This document shows positions 10,171 to 20,785 of a stretch of 38,500 bases of DNA, piece after piece. Each line of letters starts with the position of its first letter. The first letter of the stretch is position 1. A program made the translations under genes and the position numbers. This DNA is from an uncultured Clostridia bacterium (GTDB taxonomy: Bacteria > Bacillota > Clostridia > TANB77 > CAG-508), in the NCBI GenBank assembly GCA_947624735.1, contig CANQLM010000003.1, positions 1 to 38,500 on the forward strand, in the 5' to 3' direction. The notes under the pieces are model-generated. The model did not search any database and was not told the DNA's origin. It saw nothing but the letters and a program-made list of their open reading frames with translations.

Positions 10171-11151
10171 ATGAAAGATATATATATACTAGGAATTGAA
10201 TCAAGCTGTGATGAAACTGCTGCTTCTGTTGTAAAAAATGGAAGAGTAGTTTTATCAAATGTGATTAATACACAAATTGACATACATAAATTATACGGTG
10301 GAGTTGTGCCAGAAATAGCTTCAAGGAACCATATTTTAAATATTTCAGAAGTTGTAAAATTAGCAATAAAAGAAGCTAATATAGATTTAAACAAAATAGA
10401 TGCAGTAGCATGTACTTATGGTCCAGGCTTAGTAGGAGCATTACTAGTAGGGCTTTCTTATGGAAAAGCTTTAAGTTATGCTTTAAATGTCCCTTTAATA
10501 GGAACTAATCATATTGAAGGACATATTGCAGCTAATTATATTACATATCAAGAATTAAAACCACCTTTTTTATGCGTAATGATGTCAGGTGGCAACACTC
10601 AAATAATATACATTAAGGATTATACAGAATTTGAAGTTTTAGGAAGAACAAAAGATGATGCAGTAGGTGAAGCATTTGACAAAGTAGCTAGAATAATGGA
10701 GTTAGGGTATCCAGGAGGACCTAAAATAGACGAATTAGGTAAAAACGGAAAGCCTAGTATAGAACTTCCAAAAACACATATGGAAAATTTAGATTTTAGC
10801 TTTAGTGGAATTAAAACAGCAGTTATAAATTTACACCACAAAAATCCAAATATTAATAAAGAAGATTTATGCAAAAGTTTTGAAAAAACTGTAGCAGAAA
10901 TTTTAGTAGAAAATACACAAAAAGCAATTAACAAAACAGGAATTAATACAATAGTTTTAGCAGGAGGTGTTTCTGCAAATAGCTATATAAGAAATGAATT
11001 TTTAAAATTAAATAATGCTAAAGTATATATGCCAGACTTAAAATTGTGTACAGATAATGCTGCAATGATTGCATCGGCAGGATATTATGATTTCGTAGCA
11101 GGAAAAATAAGCGATTTGACATTAAATGCAGAGCCAGACTTAAAATTATAG
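10171..11151 (+). CDS. tsaD: tRNA N6-threonylcarbamoyltransferase TsaD
   Basis: [53 protein letters not shown]. Confidence 0.97.
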   Translation: MKDIYILGIESSCDETAASVVKNGRVVLSNVINTQIDIHKLYGGVVPEIASRNHILNISEVVKLAIKEANIDLNKIDAVACTYGPGLVGALLVGLSYGKALSYALNVPLIGTNHIEGHIAANYITYQELKPPFLCVMMSGGNTQIIYIKDYTEFEVLGRTKDDAVGEAFDKVARIMELGYPGGPKIDELGKNGKPSIELPKTHMENLDFSFSGIKTAVINLHHKNPNINKEDLCKSFEKTVAEILVENTQKAINKTGINTIVLAGGVSANSYIRNEFLKLNNAKVYMPDLKLCTDNAAMIASAGYYDFVAGKISDLTLNAEPDLKL

Positions 11152-11178
11152 GTATTTATAAAAAGGAGAATAAAAATA

Positions 11179-11883
11179 GTGTCAATATATGCGATAGGAG
11201 ATTTACATTTATCTTTTGGTACAGATAAGCCAATGAACATTTTTGGAGAAAACTGGGAAAATTACGAGGAAAGAATAAAAAAATATTGGAATGAAACAAT
11301 AAAAGAAGAAGATGCAGTATTACTTCCAGGAGATTTTTCGTGGGCAACATATCTAAAAGATACATTGCAAGATTTTGAATATTTAAGTAAATTAAACGGA
11401 AAGAAAATTCTGCTTAAAGGTAATCATGATTATTGGTGGACGACTTTAAAAAGTATGAGAGAATTTTTAAAGCAAAATAATTTTTCTAATATAGATTTTT
11501 TATTTAATTCATCTATTGAATTAGAAGAAGCTATAATAGTAGGAACACGTGGATGGCCTTTTAACGAAACAGATAATAGTGAAAAGATGCTAAACAGAGA
11601 AACTTCTAGGCTAGAATTATCTATAAAAGATGCTATGCAAAAAAATAGTAATAAAAAAATTATATGTATGATGCATTATCCTCCAATAACCAAAAATATG
11701 ATAGAAAAAAATAAAAAAAGTGAATATCTAGAAATTATGAAAAGAAATAATATAAAAGAATGCATTTATGGTCATTTACACGGAAAATCTCATGAAGATG
11801 CAGTAGAAGGAAATATTGAAGGAATTAATCTTAAATTAGTTAGTTCAGATTATTTAGAATTTAAACCAATAAAAATTGTGTGA
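11179..11883 (+). CDS. Calcineurin-like metallophosphoesterase
   Basis: GDLHLS, PGDFSW, KGNHDYWW, MHYPP, YGHLH motifs. Confidence 0.92.
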   Translation: MSIYAIGDLHLSFGTDKPMNIFGENWENYEERIKKYWNETIKEEDAVLLPGDFSWATYLKDTLQDFEYLSKLNGKKILLKGNHDYWWTTLKSMREFLKQNNFSNIDFLFNSSIELEEAIIVGTRGWPFNETDNSEKMLNRETSRLELSIKDAMQKNSNKKIICMMHYPPITKNMIEKNKKSEYLEIMKRNNIKECIYGHLHGKSHEDAVEGNIEGINLKLVSSDYLEFKPIKIV

Positions 11884-11967
11884 ATAAGCAACAAAAATTG
11901 TGTAATTTTCAATAAATGAAATTTATGAAAATTGAAGCTTTATTAGATATAGAAAGGAAATAAATTT

Positions 11968-12801
11968 ATGAAAATAACAAAAGTTGAAGCATTAGAAAAA
12001 AGAGCAAATAGAATAAGACAAGACATTATTACTTCAATTTATTATGCTAAATCAGGACATCCGGGTGGTTCTTTATCAATAGCAGATATTTTATCGGTAT
12101 TATATTTTAATGAAATGAATATAAATCCGCTAAAGCCAGATGACAAATCTAGAGATAGATTCATTCTATCAAAAGGACATAGCGCTCCAGCATTATATGC
12201 AGTTCTTGCTGAAAAAGAGTATTTTTCAAGAGAAGATTTAGTAACATTAAGGCATATAGATAGTCCTTTTCAAGGACATCCAGATATGAATAAAGTACCG
12301 GGCGTAGATATGACAACAGGTTCTTTAGGACAAGGTTTGTCAGTTGCAAATGGAATGGCAATGGCTTCTAAAATGGATAGAATGGGTTACAGAGTATATT
12401 GCTTACTTGGAGATGGAGAATTAGAGGAAGGACAAATTTGGGAAGCAGCTATGACATCAAGTAAATACAAACTAGATAATTTATGTGTAATAGTTGATGC
12501 TAATGAACTTCAATTAATAGGAAAAACAGATGAAGTAAAAGGGTTATATCCAGAGTCAATAGAAGCAAAATTTCAAAGTTTTGGATTTAATACAATGATG
12601 ATTGATGGGCACAATATAGAAGAAATAATGAAGGCTTTTGAAAACGCAGAAATGACTAAAGAAAAGCCAACTGCAATAATTGCAAAAACTATCAAAGGAA
12701 AAGGAATTTCTTTTATGGAAAATAATCCTGCTTGGCACGGAAAAGCATTAAATGATGAAGAGTACAAAAAAGCACTAGAAGAACTAAATAGCAATGATTA
12801 A
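11968..12801 (+). CDS. Transketolase, N-terminal (TPP-binding) subunit
   Basis: SGHPGGSLS, RDRFILSKGH, TGSLGQG, GDGELEEGQIWEA. Confidence 0.95.
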   Translation: MKITKVEALEKRANRIRQDIITSIYYAKSGHPGGSLSIADILSVLYFNEMNINPLKPDDKSRDRFILSKGHSAPALYAVLAEKEYFSREDLVTLRHIDSPFQGHPDMNKVPGVDMTTGSLGQGLSVANGMAMASKMDRMGYRVYCLLGDGELEEGQIWEAAMTSSKYKLDNLCVIVDANELQLIGKTDEVKGLYPESIEAKFQSFGFNTMMIDGHNIEEIMKAFENAEMTKEKPTAIIAKTIKGKGISFMENNPAWHGKALNDEEYKKALEELNSND

Positions 12802-12829
12802 ATAGAAACTAAAAAGAAAGGAAAAACTA

Positions 12830-13780
12830 ATGGAAGAAGATAAGAAGATTGCTACAAGGGAAAGTTTCGGAAAAGCACTTTGTGAATTAAAAGATGAAAA
12901 TATCATTGTACTTGATGCAGATTTAAACTCAGCAACCAAAACAGAATATTTTAAAGAAAAATATCCAAAGCAATATATAGAATTAGGTATAGCAGAGGCA
13001 GATATGTTAGGAACTGCAGCAGGATTAGCAACTTGTGGTAAAATACCATTTGCTACAACTTTTGCAGTATTTGCAACAGGAAGATGTTATGACCAAATAA
13101 GAACAAGCATAGCTTATCCTAATTTAAATGTAAAAATATGTGGAACTCATGGAGGAATTACAGTTGGAGAAGATGGTGCAACACATCAAATGTTAGAAGA
13201 TATTAATTTAATGAGAGGACTTCCAAATATGGTAGTCATATCACCATCGGATGATGTTCAAACAAAGAGCTTAGTTAAAGAAATTGCAAAATATAAAGGA
13301 CCAGTATACTTAAGACTTGCAAGATATGCTACTCCAGAAATTTATGCAAATGATGTTGAATTTGAAATCGGAAAAGGAATTCAATTAGGAGATGGAATTG
13401 ATGCAACTGTATTTAGTACAGGAGTTACAGTATCAGAAGCACTAAAAGCACAAGAAGAGTTGCTAAAAGAAGGTGTAGATATCAGAGTTGTTGATATTCA
13501 TACTATTAAACCTATTGACAAAGAACTTATAGTAAAATGTGCAAAGGAAACAAGCATATTATTATCAGTAGAAGACCATAATGTAATAGGTGGATTAGGG
13601 ACAGCAATAGCAGATGTATTAGCAGAAGAATATCCAAAAAAGCTAATCAAATTAGGAATAAATGATTGCTTTGGAAAATCAGGAAAAGCAGAAGACTTAA
13701 TGGAATATTTTAAAATAGATAGTAAGGCAATAGTAGAAATATTAAAAGAAAAATTATATATAAATAATAATTCAAAATAA
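12830..13780 (+). CDS. Transketolase, C-terminal subunit
   Basis: ATRESFG, GIAEADM, GEDGATHQ, GPVYLRL, TIKPID, EDHNVIGGLG. Confidence 0.95.
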   Translation: MEEDKKIATRESFGKALCELKDENIIVLDADLNSATKTEYFKEKYPKQYIELGIAEADMLGTAAGLATCGKIPFATTFAVFATGRCYDQIRTSIAYPNLNVKICGTHGGITVGEDGATHQMLEDINLMRGLPNMVVISPSDDVQTKSLVKEIAKYKGPVYLRLARYATPEIYANDVEFEIGKGIQLGDGIDATVFSTGVTVSEALKAQEELLKEGVDIRVVDIHTIKPIDKELIVKCAKETSILLSVEDHNVIGGLGTAIADVLAEEYPKKLIKLGINDCFGKSGKAEDLMEYFKIDSKAIVEILKEKLYINNNSK

Positions 13781-13802
13781 ATAATCGAAAGGAGAAAATG
13801 AT

Positions 13803-14801
13803 ATGTCAGTATTGGTAACAGGAGGAGCAGGTTTTATAGGCTCACACACAGTTGTAGAATTATTAAATGCAGGATATGAGGTAGTTATTGTAGATAACTT
13901 TTCAAACAGTAATCCTAAAGCATTAGAAGCAATAAAAAAAATAACAGGAAAGGATTTTAAATTTTACGAAGTAGATATTTTAGATACAGAAAAATTAGAT
14001 AAAGTTTTTGAAGAAAATCCAGATATAACATCAGTTATACATTTTGCAGCATTAAAAGCAGTTGGAGAATCAGTTGAAAAACCAATAGAATATTATCACA
14101 ATAATATAACAGGAACTTTATCACTTGCATCTTGTATGAAAAAACATAATGTAAAGAAAATAGTATTTAGTTCATCAGCAACAGTTTATGGGGATCCTGC
14201 ATCAGTACCAATAAAAGAAGATTTTCCAAAACATGCAACAAATCCTTATGGACAAACTAAAGTAATGAATGAACAAATATTAGAAGACATATATGTATCA
14301 GATAATACATGGAGCATTGTGCTTCTTAGATATTTCAATCCAATAGGAGCGCATGAAAGTGGATTAATTGGAGAATCGCCAAATGGAATTCCTAATAATT
14401 TAATGCCATATATTAATCAAGTTGCTCTAGGAAAATTAGACCATTTAAATGTATTTGGAAATGACTATCCTACTCCAGATGGAACAGGTGTAAGAGATTA
14501 CATACATGTTGTTGATTTAGCAAAAGGCCACATAAAAGCAATTGAAAGAACAGAAAAAATGACAGGAGTTGAAACTTATAATTTAGGAACAGGAACAGGA
14601 TATTCTGTTTTAGATATTGTTAAAAATTTTGAAAAAGCCAATAATTTAAAAATTAAATATGAAATTGCACCACGAAGACCAGGAGACATTGCAGAATGTT
14701 ATGCTGATCCATCTAAAGCAGAAAAAATATTAGGATGGAAAGCTGAAAAAAATCTTGAGGATATGTGTAAAGATTCTTGGAATTTTACAAAAAATGCCTA
14801 A
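13803..14801 (+). CDS. galE: UDP-glucose 4-epimerase
   Basis: [46 protein letters not shown]. Confidence 0.97.
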   Translation: MSVLVTGGAGFIGSHTVVELLNAGYEVVIVDNFSNSNPKALEAIKKITGKDFKFYEVDILDTEKLDKVFEENPDITSVIHFAALKAVGESVEKPIEYYHNNITGTLSLASCMKKHNVKKIVFSSSATVYGDPASVPIKEDFPKHATNPYGQTKVMNEQILEDIYVSDNTWSIVLLRYFNPIGAHESGLIGESPNGIPNNLMPYINQVALGKLDHLNVFGNDYPTPDGTGVRDYIHVVDLAKGHIKAIERTEKMTGVETYNLGTGTGYSVLDIVKNFEKANNLKIKYEIAPRRPGDIAECYADPSKAEKILGWKAEKNLEDMCKDSWNFTKNA

Positions 14802-14884
14802 AAAGTAAAAAATTTCTTTTTGTATAATATTTTATTATATGCATATAATATATAATGAAAATATACAAAAAGGAGTAAAAGACA

Positions 14885-15079
14885 ATGAAAATTATAGATT
14901 ATATTGCTTTAGTATTAGTAATAATCGGAGCTATAAACTGGGGATTAATTGGACTATTTGGATTTGACTTAGTTGCAACATTATTTGGTTCAATGAGTGT
15001 AATTAGTAGAATAGTTTATACATTAGTAGGAATCGCAGGTTTATGGTCAATAAGATTTTTTGCTAAAGTTGATGACTAA
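14885..15079 (+). CDS. DUF378 (YuzA-like) small membrane protein
   Basis: ALVLVIIGAINWGLIGLFGFDLVA...RIVYTLVGIAG signature. Confidence 0.9.
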   Translation: MKIIDYIALVLVIIGAINWGLIGLFGFDLVATLFGSMSVISRIVYTLVGIAGLWSIRFFAKVDD

Positions 15080-15120
15080 TTAAAATATTGGTACAAAAAA
15101 ATTATGTACTAAACTTAAAT

Positions 15121-15168
15121 AATAAGATGAACCCAAAATGTACTGAAACATAATGGGCTCATTTTATT
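15121..15168. terminator. Hairpin between the convergent DUF378 and receiver-domain genes
   Basis: aataagatga.ccca...tggg.tcattttatt imperfect inverted repeat. Confidence 0.5.
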
Positions 15169-15608
15169 TAATTATCGCCAATTTCAAAAGGTTCTTTATT
15201 TTGTAATCTATCTCTTAAATCATTTAATCTTCCTTTTAAATCTTTTTCATCAATTGGAATAATGTCAATTACTCCTAAATCATGAAGTTCATCAGTAAGT
15301 TTTATTTTATCAGATGAAAAAAGTACAGTTGGAATTTTTATATTTCTCTTTTTTAACTCTCGTAACATTAAAAGTCCACAATCTTTGCTAGCTTCTCTAC
15401 CAGGAGATATTGGAAAATGCATATCTAAAATCAATAAATCAAAAGGTACTTGGGGAAAACCAGTTTCAACAGAATGAATATTGTCATGTAAGGCATTTAT
15501 GCCAGATGAAAAGTTTTGGTGATAATCTAGATTATCAAGATTTAAATTCATAGCCAATTGAATAGCAAAAATTTTTTGGATACAATCATCAATCATAATA
15601 CAGTTCAT
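15168..15608 (-). CDS. Stand-alone response-regulator receiver (CheY-like) domain protein
   Basis: ATG 15608 after GAGGGGAG; IMIDD acidic pair, FDLLILDMHFP phospho-acceptor strand, GLLMLRELK, IPTVLFSS. Confidence 0.75.
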   Translation of the reverse strand: MNCIMIDDCIQKIFAIQLAMNLNLDNLDYHQNFSSGINALHDNIHSVETGFPQVPFDLLILDMHFPISPGREASKDCGLLMLRELKKRNIKIPTVLFSSDKIKLTDELHDLGVIDIIPIDEKDLKGRLNDLRDRLQNKEPFEIGDN

Positions 15609-15806
15609 ATATAAATCTCCCCTCATATAATTAATAATATTATCTTTAGTATACGCACACTCACATCTTAACAAACTAAAAAATAAAGTCAATAGTTTTG
15701 ATAAAAATTCTTAAAATGTCTTAAAAATGTAATAATACCAGAAAAAGGGAAGATTTTGATAAAAAATAAAGTTTTAAAAAATCAATACAAAATGTATTAA
15801 AAAATA

Positions 15807-15835
15807 TTGACTTATTTGAAAAAATGATATAAAAT
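15807..15835 (+). promoter_or_regulatory. Sigma-A promoter of the ATPase/TOPRIM pair
   Basis: TTGACT-17 nt-TAAAAT; RBS GGGAGG before ATG 15886. Confidence 0.65.
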
Positions 15836-15885
15836 AGTATAAGTTAGTAGTAAAATTGATACAATATTAAGGGAGGTTGTTTTGA

Positions 15886-17232
15886 ATGTTTACTTATATA
15901 AAAGCCAAAAACTTTAAATCTTTAAAAAACATTGAATTTAACTTAAATAGAACCAAAACAAAAACTAACCAATTAATTTCTATATATGGAGAAAATGGAA
16001 GCGGAAAAACTAATATAGTAGATTTATTTGTAATTCTACAAAAATTAACTTTTGCAAGATGTGCAGATATAATCTTTAATAAAATGAGAATGGAATTTAT
16101 AGAAATGCAAAAAGACTTAGTAGAACAACCAAATCTAAATTTAAAAAGTTTCTTCTCTCCAGTAATAGAATTAGAAAAGTATAGAATGTTAAATGAAAAT
16201 GCACCAACAGAAATTGAATATGGTTTTAAAATAAACAATAAAGAAGGTATTTATAGTATAAAATTTGATAATGAAATCTTAGAAGAAAAAATATACTATG
16301 TTGCAGATAAACAAAGAGCATATTTGTTCGAAGTATGCAAAGAAGGAGAAAAAATAAAAAAGCAATTAAATAATAGTATATTTAAAAATGAGAAGTATAA
16401 TGAAGAATTAAAAGAAACCATTGATAAATACTGGGGAAAATATTCTTTTTTGTCATTGTTATTAGAAGAAAAACACGAAAAGAATAAAGAATATGTTATA
16501 AAAAACATATCTAAAAATATTTTTGATGTAATAGATGATTTCTTATCAATTGTTATTAATGAAGACAAAGAAAGATACAAAACATCTATACAAAGAAAGA
16601 GAAATAATATACAAAGAGGAAGCATTGATAAAGAAAGATTATATGAAATAAAAAATAAAGAAAGAATACTAAATATATTTTTCACTCAAGGATACGCAGA
16701 TATAAAAGCAGTTAATTATAAAATAAATGAAAGAAAAGGTAAACTAGATTATGAGCTATATTTTAAAAAAAATATAGGTGGAAAATTAAAATCAATACCA
16801 GCTGAATTAGAATCTAATGGTACCAAAAGAATATTAAATCAGCTAGAAACTTTATCAGACTCTTTACTAGGTAAAACAGTTGTAATAGATGAAATAGATA
16901 ATGGAATACATGATTTATTAATGAAAAACATTATTATGTCAATGAAAGATGAAATAACAGGACAACTAATTATTACAACTCATAATACTTTATTGTTAGA
17001 GGTATTACCAAAAGAATGTATATATATATTATCATCAGATTATAATGGAAATAAACAAATTAAATCTATAAAAGAATATGAACAAAAAGTACAAAGAAAT
17101 AATAATGCCCGTGATTTATATTTGAAAGGATTATTTGGAGGAATACCAACAACTGATTATATTGACTTTGAAGAAATCAAATATGCTCTAGAAGATGCAA
17201 AGAAACAAAAGAAGGATAAAAATGATAACTAA
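15886..17232 (+). CDS. ABC-type ATPase of the AAA_21/AAA_15 (RloA/AbiLi-like) group
   Basis: KNFKSL, Walker A GENGSGKT, signature ESNGTKR, Walker B VVIDEID, H-loop ITTHN, C-terminal YLKGLFGGIP. Confidence 0.88.
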   Translation: MFTYIKAKNFKSLKNIEFNLNRTKTKTNQLISIYGENGSGKTNIVDLFVILQKLTFARCADIIFNKMRMEFIEMQKDLVEQPNLNLKSFFSPVIELEKYRMLNENAPTEIEYGFKINNKEGIYSIKFDNEILEEKIYYVADKQRAYLFEVCKEGEKIKKQLNNSIFKNEKYNEELKETIDKYWGKYSFLSLLLEEKHEKNKEYVIKNISKNIFDVIDDFLSIVINEDKERYKTSIQRKRNNIQRGSIDKERLYEIKNKERILNIFFTQGYADIKAVNYKINERKGKLDYELYFKKNIGGKLKSIPAELESNGTKRILNQLETLSDSLLGKTVVIDEIDNGIHDLLMKNIIMSMKDEITGQLIITTHNTLLLEVLPKECIYILSSDYNGNKQIKSIKEYEQKVQRNNNARDLYLKGLFGGIPTTDYIDFEEIKYALEDAKKQKKDKNDN

Positions 17233-17794
17233 TCTTAAATATTGTACCTGTGTTGTAATAGCACATGGGAAAAGTGAACTTCTTTTAGCAGAGCATATAA
17301 AAAGTAATTTACATTTACCTATAGGTATATATTCAAAAAATAATGGAAAAAAGAGCATACAAATAAATAGTCTGATGAACGTTTTAAATAATAAGATTTT
17401 TAAGAACATAAACGAATTAAAAAAAGAGTATGGAATTGAAATAGAAAAGAAAGTATTAAAAAATTTTACAATAATGCCAATTATGGATTTAGATGATGCT
17501 GATGATACACAAAAGCAAGAATATATATCAAAGAACATGTTTAAAAATCATTGGTTAGAACCATACATAGTTCCAATTTGGAATAAAAATAATCTAGATG
17601 AGGTATTATTAGATTTAAAATTAATAAAAAAATTGCCAGAAGATAGAGATAAAGGAAAAGTATATAGTTCATTATTTCCAACCAATAATGGACAATCAGA
17701 TAAACAACAAGTAGAAAACTTATTAAAAAAATTTGAAAAATCAAACAAAACTAATATGGAAATCTTTATAAAAAAGTGTTTAGATAGTTTATAA
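17222..17794 (+). CDS. Putative TOPRIM-fold (RloB-like) partner of the ATPase
   Basis: Overlaps the ATPase stop; VVIAHGKSE resembles the TOPRIM hhhEGxxE strand; IMDLDD gives a DxD; ATG 17222 after AAGGA. Confidence 0.6.
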   Translation: MITNLKYCTCVVIAHGKSELLLAEHIKSNLHLPIGIYSKNNGKKSIQINSLMNVLNNKIFKNINELKKEYGIEIEKKVLKNFTIMPIMDLDDADDTQKQEYISKNMFKNHWLEPYIVPIWNKNNLDEVLLDLKLIKKLPEDRDKGKVYSSLFPTNNGQSDKQQVENLLKKFEKSNKTNMEIFIKKCLDSL

Positions 17795-17861
17795 TAAATA
17801 TATACATACTAAATAAAATATGTTATAATATTTAAATGAAAAATAAAAGGAGGAATTATTT

Positions 17862-18584
17862 ATGTCAGGACATAGCAAATGGCATAACATACAAGCCAAA
17901 AAAGGAAAAGCTGATGCAGCAAGAGGAAAAGTATTTACTAAATTAGGAAGAGAAATATTACTAGCAGTAAAACAAGGTGGACCAGACCCAGCAGGTAACT
18001 CTAAATTAAAAGATGTTATAGCAAAATGTAAAGCAAATAATATGCCAAATGATACAATACAAAATGCAATAAAAAAGGCATCAGGAGAAGGAAGTAATAA
18101 AGTTTACGAAGAAATTACATATGAAGGTTATGGACCATGTGGAGTAGCTTTTATAGTAGAAGCAAGTACAGATAATAAAAATAGAACAGCAGCAGATGTA
18201 AGACATTTATTTGATAAAGCTGGAGGAAACTTAGGAACAACAGGTTGTGTATCATATATGTTTAACAAAAAAGGTGTAATCGTAATAGATAAAACAAAAA
18301 CAAATCTTTCAGAAGATGACCTAATGATGCTAGCACTAGACAATGGAGCAGAGGATTTTAGCTCAGATGAAGAAATTTATGAAATAGTAACTGGACCATC
18401 AGACTTTTCAGCAGTAAGAGAAGCATTAGAAGCACAAGGACTAGAATTTGAAGAAGCAGAAATACAAATGGTTCCAACAACAACAGTATCATTAGATGAA
18501 GAAGGAGAAGAAAGAGTACAAAAGCTAATTGATAGTCTAGATGATTTAGACGATGTTATGAATGTTTATACAAACATAGAATAA
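17862..18584 (+). CDS. yebC: YebC/PmpR family protein
   Basis: [39 protein letters not shown]. Confidence 0.96.
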   Translation: MSGHSKWHNIQAKKGKADAARGKVFTKLGREILLAVKQGGPDPAGNSKLKDVIAKCKANNMPNDTIQNAIKKASGEGSNKVYEEITYEGYGPCGVAFIVEASTDNKNRTAADVRHLFDKAGGNLGTTGCVSYMFNKKGVIVIDKTKTNLSEDDLMMLALDNGAEDFSSDEEIYEIVTGPSDFSAVREALEAQGLEFEEAEIQMVPTTTVSLDEEGEERVQKLIDSLDDLDDVMNVYTNIE

Positions 18585-18603
18585 AAAAAGAATAAATATA
18601 AAG

Positions 18604-18638
18604 AAAATAGCATATATTTTAATATATGCTATTTTTTT
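18604..18638 (+). terminator. Terminator after yebC
   Basis: Perfect 15-bp stem aaaatagcatatatt/aatatatgctatttt followed by more Ts. Confidence 0.7.
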
Positions 18639-18667
18639 GCATATAAAAAATAAAAGGACATGAAAGA

Positions 18668-19555
18668 ATGGTTAGAAATTTAGATACAATACTTAGAATT
18701 CTTCCAAGGGATATAGCTAATAATTTAGAACAAGAAAAAATAGAAGAAATTAGAATAAGAGCAAATCGAAATATAATTTTAAAATATATGGATAGAGAAG
18801 AAGTAACAGATTTTATTCCAAGTCAAAGAGATTTACTTAATACTTTACAAATATTTTGCGACAATTCAATTTACTCATATCAAAGTCAAATTTGTAATGG
18901 CTATATTACATTAAACGGAGGACATAGAGTTGGAATAACAGGAAATGTAGCTATGAAGGACGGAATTATAAGTAATATAAATTACATATTTTCTTTAAAT
19001 ATAAGAATTGCAAAAGAAATTATAGGGGCGAGTGATGAAATAATTAATTTTGTTTTAGAAAATGGACAAATTAACAATACGTTAATAATTTCTCCACCGG
19101 GATGTGGTAAAACAACAATTTTAAGAGATTTAGTTAGAAATATTAGTAATTTGGGCTATACAGTATCATTAATAGATGAAAGAGGAGAAATCGCAGCAAT
19201 GTATAAAGGAATTCCACAAAATGATGTGGGCTTAAGAACAGATATATTAGACAATGTTTCCAAAAGTTTAGGAATGAGAATGGCAGTAAGAACAATGGCG
19301 CCAAAAGTAATAGTAACTGATGAAATAGGAACAGAAGATGATGTTGAAGCAATTAATTATGGAATATGTTCAGGTGTAAAAGGAATTTTCACAGCACATG
19401 GAAGTAGTATTGAAGAATTAAAGCTAAATACTCACTTGAACAAATTATATGAAGAAAAAATATTTAATAAAATAATTTTTCTAGAAAAAAGAGGAATTAT
19501 AAAAAAAGTTTATACATTAGATAAAAATATGTATATATCTGACGATGAAAAATAG
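18668..19555 (+). CDS. spoIIIAA: Stage III sporulation protein AA (ATPase)
   Basis: EEIRIR, GGHRVGITG, SPPGCGKTT, IDERGEIA, DEIG, TAHG. Confidence 0.95.
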   Translation: MVRNLDTILRILPRDIANNLEQEKIEEIRIRANRNIILKYMDREEVTDFIPSQRDLLNTLQIFCDNSIYSYQSQICNGYITLNGGHRVGITGNVAMKDGIISNINYIFSLNIRIAKEIIGASDEIINFVLENGQINNTLIISPPGCGKTTILRDLVRNISNLGYTVSLIDERGEIAAMYKGIPQNDVGLRTDILDNVSKSLGMRMAVRTMAPKVIVTDEIGTEDDVEAINYGICSGVKGIFTAHGSSIEELKLNTHLNKLYEEKIFNKIIFLEKRGIIKKVYTLDKNMYISDDEK

Positions 19556-19624
19556 TAATAAATCAGTCTAAAATGAATATATTTTATTACATAGAAAAAT
19601 TTTAGAAAAGGACAAGCAAAACAA

Positions 19625-20134
19625 ATGATAGTAGTAAAAACATTTTTTTTATTAGGTATATTTATAATATCTACATATATTGGAATAACGATTTCAAAAA
19701 AATATTCATCTAGAGTAAAAGAGTTAAAAGAACTTTTATCAGCACTTAATATGTTTGAAGAAAAAATAAAATTTACGTATGAACCAATTCCAGATGTTTT
19801 CTTTGAAATATCACAAAATTGTTCAGCAAATATAGGAAAAATTTTTGAGGAAAGTTCATATAATATGAAAATGATGTCAGCAGGACTTGCTTGGGAAAAA
19901 GCAATAGATGAATCAAATACTAAACTTACAAAAGATGATAAAGAAATTTTAAGAAATTTAGCAAAAATGTTAGGAAAAACAGATTTAGATGGACAAGTAA
20001 GTGAAATAAGACTTACTAAAAAATTTTTAGAGACTAAATTGCAAGATGCACAATTAGAAAAGAGTAAAAATGAAAAACTATTTAAGACCTTAGGAGTAAC
20101 TTGTGGACTTGCTATTGTAATAATTCTAGTTTAA
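19625..20134 (+). CDS. spoIIIAB: Stage III sporulation protein AB
   Basis: RVKELKEL, LGKTDLDGQ, KNEKLFKTLGV; operon position. Confidence 0.93.
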   Translation: MIVVKTFFLLGIFIISTYIGITISKKYSSRVKELKELLSALNMFEEKIKFTYEPIPDVFFEISQNCSANIGKIFEESSYNMKMMSAGLAWEKAIDESNTKLTKDDKEILRNLAKMLGKTDLDGQVSEIRLTKKFLETKLQDAQLEKSKNEKLFKTLGVTCGLAIVIILV

Positions 20135-20175
20135 GGGAAAATATTACTTAGCACAAAGAAAGGAATTAATTGGTT

Positions 20176-20370
20176 ATGGGAATAGATTTATTATTTAAAA
20201 TAGCTGCAATAGGAATTCTAGTTGCAGTTTTATATCAAGTATTAGTAAGAGCAGGAAGAGAAGACCAAGCAATGATGACTACTTTAGCAGGACTTATTAT
20301 AGTTTTATCATTAGTTATAAAAGAAGTAAGTAGCTTGTTTGATTCGGTAAGAACGATGTTCAATCTGTAA
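20176..20370 (+). CDS. spoIIIAC: Stage III sporulation protein AC
   Basis: LLFKIAAIGILVAVLYQVLVRAGREDQAMMTTLAG; ATG 20176 preferred over TTG 20170. Confidence 0.95.
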   Translation: MGIDLLFKIAAIGILVAVLYQVLVRAGREDQAMMTTLAGLIIVLSLVIKEVSSLFDSVRTMFNL

Positions 20371-20383
20371 TAAAGGAGAAAAA

Positions 20384-20770
20384 ATGGATATTGTAAAAAT
20401 TATTGGAGTAGGCTTTATAGCAGTAATTATTATAGTCATTTTAAAACAATATAGACCAGAATTTGCAATATATGCTTCTATAATTGCAGGAGTAATAATA
20501 ATTTTAATGATTACAGATACTTTATCAGGAATAATAAATCTTCTTCAAGATATTGCAAATAGAACAAATGTTAATACACAATTTTTAAAAATACTTATGA
20601 AAATTACAGGAATAGCAATCTTAACAGAGTTTGCAGTAAGTATTTGTAAAGACTCAGGAGAAACTGCAGTAGCTAATAAAATAGATATAGGAGGAAAAGT
20701 AATTATAATATCTATGTCAATACCAATAATAAGAGCACTTTTAGAAACTGTACTTAAAATATTACCATAA
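20384..20770 (+). CDS. spoIIIAD: Stage III sporulation protein AD
   Basis: LKQYRPEFA, KITGIAILTEFAVSICKDSGE. Confidence 0.96.
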   Translation: MDIVKIIGVGFIAVIIIVILKQYRPEFAIYASIIAGVIIILMITDTLSGIINLLQDIANRTNVNTQFLKILMKITGIAILTEFAVSICKDSGETAVANKIDIGGKVIIISMSIPIIRALLETVLKILP

Positions 20771-20785
20771 ACAATGGAGTTACAG

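Noticed and set aside
9501-10394. 297-aa minus-strand ORF and the many other antisense ORFs in the track
   Set aside because: They lie opposite well-supported genes, lack RBS and motifs, and are expected shadows of biased codon usage
11968-13780. Transketolase in two ORFs as a possible frameshift
   Set aside because: Each half has its own RBS, start and stop; two-subunit transketolases are common in Clostridia
14822-14850. Sporulation sigma-type promoter before the DUF378 gene
   Set aside because: Spacing is off consensus and such AT-rich motifs arise by chance
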